Positions 16,393 through 23,548 of a stretch of DNA of 27,930 bases are shown here, one piece after another. The stretch lies in the NCBI GenBank assembly GCA_050114895.1, contig JASFRP010000001.1, positions 1-27,930 on the forward strand. The letters are read 5' to 3'. Every line of letters starts with the position of its first letter. Position 1 is the stretch's first letter. The position numbers and the translations under genes were made by a program. This DNA comes from Gemmatimonadota bacterium (GTDB taxonomy: Bacteria > Gemmatimonadota > Gemmatimonadetes > Longimicrobiales > Gaopeijiaceae). The notes under the pieces were generated by a model. It worked only from the letters and a program-made list of their open reading frames with translations, was not told the origin of the DNA and made no database searches.

Positions 16393-17885
16393 CCGTCCTG
16401 GGAGAGCTTGTCGCGGGGTTCGGCGTGGCCCTCCAGCCCCTGAACCTTCTCCTGGCCGGAGGCGGTGTGGCGTTGGGGACGGTCGTGGGGATGCTCCCAG
16501 GAATCGGGCCCATCAACGCCATCGCCATCCTCATCCCCATCACCTTTGCCGCTGGGATTCCGGCGGAGTCCGTGCTGATCTTTCTCGTGGGGATCTACTA
16601 CGGCTCCCAGTATGGGAACTCCATCAGCACCATCCTGATCAACGTTCCGGGTACGGCCTCGGCGGTGGTGACGGCCATCGACGGGTACGCGCTGACCCGG
16701 AAGGGGGAGAGCGAGCGGGCGCTGGCGGTGGCGGCAGTGGCCTCCTTCGTCGGAGGCACCCTCTCGGTGGCCGGTCTCGTGTTCTTCGCACCTGCCCTGG
16801 CTCACCTGGCGGTTCGGTTCGGGCCGGCGGAATACTTCGCCCTGATGCTGTTCGCCCTCACGGCCCTCTCGAGCCTCGGGGGAAAGGACCTGGTGCGGGG
16901 GCTGGTGGCCCTTGGATTCGGCCTGTTCCTGGCCGCTGTCGGCATCGATCCCCAGAGCGCCGTGCCCCGTTTCACTTTCGGCCAGCTGGGTCTCCTGGAC
17001 GGAATCGACTTCGTGGTGGTCACCATCGGGCTCTTCGCCATCTCGGAGGTGCTGCTGGCTCTGGAGGTGACAGAGGGCGTAGAAAGGCGGCGAGAGAAGC
17101 TGAGACGGGTGTGGCTCAGCCTGGCCGACCTGGCCCGGACGGGCTGGACCATGGTCAGAGCCTCGGTAGTTGGTTTTGTGGTGGGCGTACTTCCGGGAGC
17201 GGGAGGGACTGTAGCCGCGTTCCTGGGCTATGCCGTCGAGGAGAAGGTCTCTCGCAGGGACGGGAGCTTCGGCCATGGGGACATTCGAGGTGTGGCGGCC
17301 CCGGAATCGGCGAACAACGCGGCTGCGAACGGCTCGATGATCCCCCTGCTGACCCTGGGAATCCCGGGTAGCGGTACCACCGCGGTGCTCCTGGGCGCCC
17401 TGACTGCTCTGGACGTCACGCCCGGACCACAGCTCGTACAGGAACGTCCCGAGGTCTTCTGGGGCCTGGTAGCCTCCATGTATATCGGCAACCTCCTCCT
17501 CCTCGTCCTCAACCTTCCCCTGGTGGGGGTCTTTGCCCGACTCCTTCGTCTGCCGAGGTGGGTGCTCATGCCGGGGGTCGCCGTGCTGAGTGTCACGGCG
17601 GTATACGCCCTCAACCAGAGCGTGTTCGATCTTGGACTCATGGTGGCGTTCGGAGTCGTGGGGTACGTGTTCCGGAAGGCGTCCATCCCCCTTGCCCCGG
17701 CGATTCTGGGCGTGGTTCTCGGCCCACTCATGGAGAAGAACCTCCGGCGCTCCCTGGCTCTCAGCGGAGGGGATTGGGGGGTCCTCTTCGCGAGCCCCAT
17801 CGCCGTCACATTCTGGGCCCTTGCCGCAGGGTTCATTCTGATCCCACCCTTCGTCTCCTTTCTGACGAAAGCCCGATCCCACTGA
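16389..17885 (+). CDS. tctA: Tripartite tricarboxylate transporter large membrane subunit TctA, ~498 aa
   Basis: GTG start overlaps the tctB stop (GTGA). GMLPGIG, ILINVPGTAS, FGPAEYF, VAAPESANNA, LTLGIPGS, PLAPAILGVVLGP. Confidence 0.93.
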   Translation: MTVLGELVAGFGVALQPLNLLLAGGGVALGTVVGMLPGIGPINAIAILIPITFAAGIPAESVLIFLVGIYYGSQYGNSISTILINVPGTASAVVTAIDGYALTRKGESERALAVAAVASFVGGTLSVAGLVFFAPALAHLAVRFGPAEYFALMLFALTALSSLGGKDLVRGLVALGFGLFLAAVGIDPQSAVPRFTFGQLGLLDGIDFVVVTIGLFAISEVLLALEVTEGVERRREKLRRVWLSLADLARTGWTMVRASVVGFVVGVLPGAGGTVAAFLGYAVEEKVSRRDGSFGHGDIRGVAAPESANNAAANGSMIPLLTLGIPGSGTTAVLLGALTALDVTPGPQLVQERPEVFWGLVASMYIGNLLLLVLNLPLVGVFARLLRLPRWVLMPGVAVLSVTAVYALNQSVFDLGLMVAFGVVGYVFRKASIPLAPAILGVVLGPLMEKNLRRSLALSGGDWGVLFASPIAVTFWALAAGFILIPPFVSFLTKARSH

Positions 17886-17900
17886 TGCCAACAACGGCTC

Positions 17901-17943
17901 GGGAAAGGAAAAGGGCCCCGTCCGTGGACGGGGCCCTTTCCTG
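17901..17943. terminator. Bidirectional intrinsic terminator between convergent tctA and S9 peptidase genes
   Basis: 13-bp stem AAAGGGCCCCGTC/GACGGGGCCCTTT (17910-17939) with a 4-nt loop. U-rich tail TTTTCCTTT on the - strand and a shorter one on the + strand. Confidence 0.8.
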
Positions 17944-17997
17944 ACTTCGGGGATCTCGAGCTCCGGGGGACCGCGAGATCAGGTGCGAGGGTTTGGA

Positions 17998-20640
17998 CTA
18001 CTTCCCTTCCTCCCCTTCCGCCGGCGGAGCAGGATTCATGATCCACTTGTCCAGCCAGGCCGTCCATCGGGCCCACAGGTCCAGGAGGGTCTCCTTCGCT
18101 GCCGGTCCGTGGTCCTCATAGGGATACCGGTACAGAGCCGCGGTCTTCCCGAGGCCATTCAGGGCATGGAACATCTTGGGCGAGTGGATGGGATCCGTAC
18201 CAACGTTCTGGTCGTGCATCCCGTGGTACATCAGGAGGGCTCCGGTCAGCTGGTCGGCATAGAGGAACGGAGACATGGAGAGGTACACGTCCTTCGCGTC
18301 CCAGAGGAAGCGTCGCTCGTTCTGGAAGGCCAGGGGGGTCAGGGTCCGGTTGTAGTTCCCGTCGCCGGCGATGCCAGCCTTGAAGAAAGGCGTGTGAACC
18401 ATCGCGTTGGCCGTGGAAAAGGCCCCGTAGGAGTGCCCGCCGATCCCCAGTCGGCTCCGATCCACGTACCCCCGGGCCTCAATGGAGTCGATGACCGTCG
18501 AGAGGTCGTTCCGAAGGTCGTACTCGTAATGGTTGTTCATGGCCCCCTCCTCACCCACGATGGGTGCGTCGGGCTCCACCAGTACGTATCCAAGGCGGAT
18601 CAGATACTGCATGGACCGGGTGCCGAAGTTCGGGAAGGCGTTCTTGTTGTAGGTCCTGGCCCCCTCGTCGTAGCTCTCCTGATCCGTGTACTCCCGGGGG
18701 TAGAACCAGAACATGGCCGGGAGGTGAGACCCTTCGCGGAATCCGGGTGGCAAGGTGACGGTGACGCGGAACTTGAAGCCGTCCGGGCGAGTCACCACGA
18801 ACCGCTCCTGCCGAGCCCCGGTGATATCGGGGGCGTAGTCCACATTGTGGGTCAACTGGGTGGGCTGGCCGCCTTCCAACCGATAGGACTGGGGAACCTC
18901 CGTCGGTCCTTCCCGGGACACGATGAAGGTCCCGGCATCCAGATCCACCGGCGTGAGGACCCGCTCGTAGACGCCGTCGTTGTCACCCTCGAAGATCCGG
19001 GTCTTCTCCCCGGTCCGGATGGCGACCCGGTCGATGAAGCTCTTCGGCGCAACAGCGTCGGGGTCCTCGTTGTACTCGGTTCCCTGGAAGAACACGGCCT
19101 GGCCGTCGGCCGAAAGCTGGATGGTAGCCCCGGATTGTCCCGGAGCGCCTCCGCCCCGGCGCCCGAATCCGCCGAACCCGCCACCCCCGCTCCCGCCCCT
19201 GGCGGTCATGAGGGATCCAGGGTTGGCGTAGAAATCGTCGCTGCTATACCGGACCAGCGTGTGCTTCTCTTCCGGGTCGTTCAGGTCGACGGCGTAGATG
19301 TGCTGGTCCTGCCCACTTCGCTCGGCGGCGAAGAGGACCTGCATGTCCGGGGAGAAGCGGTGCCAGGACATCCGGGTGCTCGTCTCGTAGACGACGGTCT
19401 TGCTCGTGCTGTCGAAAGGCGGAGCCCAGAGGTACACCCGGTCCATTCGGCGGCTCCGGGTCCGACCCTCCTGGCCGGGCTCCTCCGCGGGTTCGGCAGC
19501 GGCCTCGGCGCTATCCGGAGCCGGTTCCTGTTCGAGGTAGGTCAGGCCTGCCCCGTCGGCCCGCCAACCCAGGTCCCTTCGGTCCGACTCGGCGGCTTCG
19601 CCCCCGACGCCGGGAGCGGTGACGGGTCGGTCATCCCGGAGCCCCGTGTTCAACTCGCTCTCGTCCAGTGTGGTCAGGACGTTGCCATCCCGATCCCATA
19701 CCTCCTCCACGCTTCCGAAGCTGGAAACGGGGACGATGTAGCTGAAGGGCTTCACCGTGCGGGTGACCCGGACATAGGCACCGTCGGGAGCGAAGTCCAG
19801 GCTCCGGATCATGTCCGGCTGGCCGATATTGGTGACCCTGCGGTTGTCCACCTGAATGAGGGCCAGCTGGCCGGTGAGGTGCCACTCCAGGAGAGCCTGG
19901 TCGTATGGGGTGGCCATGAGGCTGGCGTAGGTCCGGAGGATGTTCTTTCCGTCTTCCGTGACCTTGATCTCCGGGCCCTGAGGGGCGGCAGGATGAGCAG
20001 GCATGTCCGGTCTGTCTTCCGGAACCAGGACCGTGCCGATGTACCGGCTGTCGTCGGTCCACTGGAAGGAGGTCACCTCCGTGGCGAGAACCGGTCGCCG
20101 AGTGAGTTGGCGAGAGCGTCCGTTCGACGCGTCGGCCACGTAGAGGTGGGTCGCGGTGGGCGTGTGGACGAAGAATGCGATCCTGGTTCCGTCCGGAGAC
20201 CACGTGGCGTTGGAGACCCGGGCTCCGTCGGGAACCTGGACAGGGGTCTTCGAGCCGTCCAGGGCCGAGATGATCTCGATCCCCACGTTGTTTCTGATGG
20301 TCAGGTTCCGGTCTCGGTTCGCCGCGAAGTCTATGAAGAGACCTCCCAGCTCATGGAACGGCTTGGAGAAGACATCCATCGTCACCGGGCCATCCCCGAT
20401 CTCATTCAAGAAGAGGGACTTGTCAGCATTCGCCTCAGAGAGGGTGACGTTCAGGTACCACGGGGCCAGAACGGCCTCCGCGATGGTATCCGGGGGCTGT
20501 TGATAACCCTCGGCGGTGAGGATCTGATCCCGGTCCCAGGTCTGCCCTGGAATTCCTGTCGGGAGGGCCAGACCCACGGCCAACAGGCATGAGAGAAAGA
20601 CGCCCCGGGCAGGGAGTCTCTTGAGGAGATTGGGGTGCAT
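17998..20640 (-). CDS. S9 family (prolyl oligopeptidase-like) serine peptidase with beta-propeller, secreted, ~880 aa
   Basis: Signal peptide from ATG 20640, WD40/PD40-like WSPDG and FSPD repeats, nucleophile GGHSYG, HGMHDQNV (Asp), YEDHG (His), YNRTLTPLAFQNE. Confidence 0.9.
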   Translation of the reverse strand: MHPNLLKRLPARGVFLSCLLAVGLALPTGIPGQTWDRDQILTAEGYQQPPDTIAEAVLAPWYLNVTLSEANADKSLFLNEIGDGPVTMDVFSKPFHELGGLFIDFAANRDRNLTIRNNVGIEIISALDGSKTPVQVPDGARVSNATWSPDGTRIAFFVHTPTATHLYVADASNGRSRQLTRRPVLATEVTSFQWTDDSRYIGTVLVPEDRPDMPAHPAAPQGPEIKVTEDGKNILRTYASLMATPYDQALLEWHLTGQLALIQVDNRRVTNIGQPDMIRSLDFAPDGAYVRVTRTVKPFSYIVPVSSFGSVEEVWDRDGNVLTTLDESELNTGLRDDRPVTAPGVGGEAAESDRRDLGWRADGAGLTYLEQEPAPDSAEAAAEPAEEPGQEGRTRSRRMDRVYLWAPPFDSTSKTVVYETSTRMSWHRFSPDMQVLFAAERSGQDQHIYAVDLNDPEEKHTLVRYSSDDFYANPGSLMTARGGSGGGGFGGFGRRGGGAPGQSGATIQLSADGQAVFFQGTEYNEDPDAVAPKSFIDRVAIRTGEKTRIFEGDNDGVYERVLTPVDLDAGTFIVSREGPTEVPQSYRLEGGQPTQLTHNVDYAPDITGARQERFVVTRPDGFKFRVTVTLPPGFREGSHLPAMFWFYPREYTDQESYDEGARTYNKNAFPNFGTRSMQYLIRLGYVLVEPDAPIVGEEGAMNNHYEYDLRNDLSTVIDSIEARGYVDRSRLGIGGHSYGAFSTANAMVHTPFFKAGIAGDGNYNRTLTPLAFQNERRFLWDAKDVYLSMSPFLYADQLTGALLMYHGMHDQNVGTDPIHSPKMFHALNGLGKTAALYRYPYEDHGPAAKETLLDLWARWTAWLDKWIMNPAPPAEGEEGK

Positions 20641-20894
20641 CTGTGCCTCCGTGGATGGGGTCCCCGGTCCTATCGCCGGGGTTTCATGACTGCTCGGTGG
20701 TCTCGATGGCCGGCAGCTTCCTGTGAAAGAGCTTCTCCCGGGCAGCGTCGAACCCGGGATCGGGCTCCGGTGAAAGTGGAAGGAAACGCCGTTCTCTGCC
20801 AGGGACACGCTGGAAGGGACCAGCGTTGACGCAGCTCCCCGGGGTCCCAGAACGGGCGAGGCTACCGGGACCAGGAGGAAATGGGGCGGTGTCG

Positions 20895-20920
20895 GGCAAC
20901 TCTTCGGTCTCTGTTGCGTA
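20895..20920 (+). promoter_or_regulatory. Candidate ECF promoter GGCAAC-N16-CGTA
   Basis: GGCAAC (20895-20900), 16-nt spacer, CGTA (20917-20920). Same AAC-N16-CGTA geometry as 2377-2402; ~85 nt upstream of the lipoprotein ATG. Confidence 0.4.
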
Positions 20921-20927
20921 GAATGAG

Positions 20928-20942
20928 TGGCACGGACGTTGC
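20928..20942 (+). promoter_or_regulatory. Sigma-54 (-24/-12) promoter TGGCAC-N5-TTGC
   Basis: TGGCACGGACGTTGC matches the canonical TGGCACG-N4-TTGC consensus. Intergenic, 63 nt upstream of ATG 21006. Confidence 0.7.
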
Positions 20943-21005
20943 GCCAAGGGCCGGAAGCCCCTGTCTCAACTCCACTCCTTTCACAGCGCAGGAGAGAGGC
21001 CTCGG

Positions 21006-21770
21006 ATGGTGCCGTTGAAAAGGCGGAAGTGGGCGCGTAGCGTCCTGGTTTCCCTTCTCGCTCTGCCTCTGCTGAGCTCCTGCTCCGGCAGCCGGAAACC
21101 CGACGCCACGGTGAGCGCTACCACGCCCCGGGAGAAAGCCCAGTTCTTGCTGGTCCGGCTCGCGGTGCTGAACCCCAGGGTCGCCGAGCCGTTGGTGAAG
21201 GGGTTCTCGGCTGCCGCACTGGAGAGGGCCATCGGCCTCGTGGTGGCGACGGGGGTGGAGAACGCAGGGTGGGCAGAGGGCCTCCTGCAGAAGGAGTGGT
21301 GGTTGTCGGATGACCCTGGCACCCGCCGCCGAGAGACGGAAGAGGTGGCCGGGGTCCTTTCGGAAGTCCGGAAGATGGGCCCTGCTGGAGCCCACGACGG
21401 CGAGGAGCGTCAGAGAGAGATCCGGGAGGCACTGACGCAGGGGGCCACGCTGGCCCCGCCGACAGATGGAGAGGGGGAGGCCGGAGACGGTCCTGGGGTG
21501 GGAGCAAGGCAAAGAGAACCCGAAGACGCCACGCCGGGCTCGTGGAACGCGCAGGAGCGGAGGGCGGAGTTGGAGGACGCCGTCCGGTGGGTCCAGTTCA
21601 CCCGGGCGTGGTCATCCTACTATGCTGCCGCAGGGGCCTCGGCAGGCGGAACCGGGGTGCCCTCGAGAGGGCCGGAGGTTGCTCTGGATCAGGCAGTCAC
21701 CATGTCCCTCGTCCGACCCGACTTCCTGGATCGCCTGGCGGGGCTCATGGCTGAGGGGTTGGGAAGTTGA
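21006..21770 (+). CDS. Hypothetical lipoprotein, 254 aa
   Basis: Basic N-terminus, hydrophobic stretch and lipobox LSS-C. GGAGAG RBS-like sequence upstream. Fills the gap between two - strand genes. No family recognised. Confidence 0.65.
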   Translation: MVPLKRRKWARSVLVSLLALPLLSSCSGSRKPDATVSATTPREKAQFLLVRLAVLNPRVAEPLVKGFSAAALERAIGLVVATGVENAGWAEGLLQKEWWLSDDPGTRRRETEEVAGVLSEVRKMGPAGAHDGEERQREIREALTQGATLAPPTDGEGEAGDGPGVGARQREPEDATPGSWNAQERRAELEDAVRWVQFTRAWSSYYAAAGASAGGTGVPSRGPEVALDQAVTMSLVRPDFLDRLAGLMAEGLGS

Positions 21771-21789
21771 GCTCCGGAGAAAGCCTGTT

Positions 21790-22173
21790 CTACCCGAGGA
21801 CGGAGTTCCGGATCACCAGGATCCCAGCTACAACCAGCGCCAGCGCCAGGCCCACTCCCATGACGTGGATTCCGAAATCTCGTTCGTCCCGAGGCCTGCG
21901 CCGGTTCGCCGAATAGGTCATCTGTGCCAGTGCGGCGGCCACCATGGTGAAGGCCATGTGCAGGCCCAGGGGACCGCTGAAGAATCGGTAGGTGAAGATC
22001 AACAGGAAACCCAGGACCACCTGGATGTAGAGGGTTACCGTAAAAGCGCTGGCCAGGTCCCACATGAGCTTCTGGTAGGGACGTTTCCCCGCCATGCCCC
22101 AGAGGGCATACCCGAAAGCTGCGAGCCCTGTCAGAAAGACGGGGTACCGGAGCAGAGAATGGAGCGTGTACAT
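21790..22173 (-). CDS. Small 4-TM membrane protein, 127 aa (resembles uncharacterised proteins often labelled 'cytochrome B')
   Basis: ATG 2 nt after the serine hydrolase stop. LHSLLRY, YIQVVLG and LHMAFTM segments; four hydrophobic helices. Confidence 0.7.
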   Translation of the reverse strand: MYTLHSLLRYPVFLTGLAAFGYALWGMAGKRPYQKLMWDLASAFTVTLYIQVVLGFLLIFTYRFFSGPLGLHMAFTMVAAALAQMTYSANRRRPRDERDFGIHVMGVGLALALVVAGILVIRNSVLG

Positions 22174-22175
22174 CG

Positions 22176-23342
22176 TCAACGATCCGCAGTCATGAACAAT
22201 TCGCCGATCTCCCGGGCGTTCCCGGTCTGCCCAGCTCCCTGAATGTTCGTGAGGATCGCTACCACGACTCCCTCCTCGGGATAGATGACCAATACCGTTG
22301 TCCCGCCGACGGCTCCACCCGTGTGGGAGATGATCCGACGCCCTCCTTCCAGGTGCTCTCGCCACCCGATTCCGTAATCCGTTCGTTCTCCGTCGCGTGT
22401 ATGCTGGGAGGTCCAGAGGAGCTCGACGGTCTCGGGCCTGAGGAACGCTCCACCGAGATAGGCTTGGCCGTACCGAACCAGGTCGGAAGCCGTGGAGAGA
22501 AAGCCCCCACCTGACCACTTGTTGGAGTTGTCCACGTAGGGAGCGTTGATGATCCGTCCGTCGGGTGTGCGGAGGTAGGCCCTGGAGCGGTGGTATATGA
22601 GGGAATCCACGTGCTCCGCCACCGTTTCGGTCATTCCGGTGGGTTCAAAAACCACTCTGCGCATGTAGTTCAGGAACGGCTCCCCGGCCACGCTCTGCAC
22701 CACGGCGGAAATGAGATTCCAGCCATAGGTGGAGTATTCGTAGGCGGTCCCCGGCTCGTGGATCAGGGGGTCGTTCGCGAAGATCTGCAGCGCGTCCACG
22801 ACGTCGTCGTAGTGGACCATGCTCTCGAACTCCCTGTCCCGGTAGTGTCGGATTCCCGCCAGATGACCCCCCAGGAGACGGGTGGTGACCGGCCATTCCT
22901 TCTCGGGAAAGGAGGGGACGTACTCCTGCACCGGGGCATCCAGGTCCAGTCTTCCCTCCTCCACCAGCGTCCCTACCGCGCCAGCCGTCAGGGATTTGGA
23001 GATGGAGGCGATACGGAACTTGGTGGAGGGCCACACCGGGACCCGGTTTTCGAGATCGGCCCATCCGAATCCCTCTGCCCAGACGATCTTCCCATCGACG
23101 CCCACCGCAACGGAAAGGCCTGGCACCGTCTGCTCCTCCATGCGGTCCAGAATCAACTCCCGAGCCTGGTCCACTGCCCCTTTCCAGACCCCGGGGGCCG
23201 GAGCCAGCGCAGGGGCGGGCAACTCCTGAGCGCGGAGCACCGGAGAGTGGCCAAGGGGCCCATGGAAGAGGAGGGAGGTGGCGAGGAAGGCCACCGTCAA
23301 GGCCGCACCGGATGGAAGAGGCGTCCCGCAGGAGCGCTCCAT
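22176..23342 (-). CDS. Serine hydrolase, beta-lactamase class C/penicillin-binding-like family, secreted, ~388 aa
   Basis: FRIASISKS (SxxK), GRLDLDAPV, LLGGHLAGI, YEYSTYG (catalytic Tyr), HTGG. GGAGG RBS before ATG 23342; signal peptide. Confidence 0.9.
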   Translation of the reverse strand: MERSCGTPLPSGAALTVAFLATSLLFHGPLGHSPVLRAQELPAPALAPAPGVWKGAVDQARELILDRMEEQTVPGLSVAVGVDGKIVWAEGFGWADLENRVPVWPSTKFRIASISKSLTAGAVGTLVEEGRLDLDAPVQEYVPSFPEKEWPVTTRLLGGHLAGIRHYRDREFESMVHYDDVVDALQIFANDPLIHEPGTAYEYSTYGWNLISAVVQSVAGEPFLNYMRRVVFEPTGMTETVAEHVDSLIYHRSRAYLRTPDGRIINAPYVDNSNKWSGGGFLSTASDLVRYGQAYLGGAFLRPETVELLWTSQHTRDGERTDYGIGWREHLEGGRRIISHTGGAVGGTTVLVIYPEEGVVVAILTNIQGAGQTGNAREIGELFMTADR

Positions 23343-23496
23343 CACCCCTCCGGACCGGGGTTCGTCAGCTGAGGAGGGGGGCGTTCGCACCATGGGTCAC
23401 CTCCGCTTTCTGGCCTGTATGGGTGAATGGCTGTGGGCCTCGATGAAGCTACCCCGGGTGCCGGGGGGAAGCCAGGCTTCCTTTTCCAGGACTGCT

Positions 23497-23527
23497 CCGC
23501 CCCACCGGGCTACTCCCGGTGGGGCGG
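23497..23527. repeat. Perfect 13-bp inverted repeat (stem-loop) downstream of the Asp-box protein gene
   Basis: CCGCCCCACCGGG-CTACT-CCCGGTGGGGCGG, with no U-tract on the - strand. Confidence 0.7.
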
Positions 23528-23548
23528 TGTCTCCCTGTGGGCGGTGTC

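Noticed and set aside
17983-20592. 869-aa + strand ORF antisense to the S9 peptidase (also 16338-17894 -, 12802-14022 -, 10195-11148 -, 8104-9258 +, 983-2119 +, 25418-26491 +, 26577-27680 +)
   Set aside because: These are shadow ORFs opposite well-supported genes. High GC codon bias depletes antisense stop codons, and the translations show no motifs.
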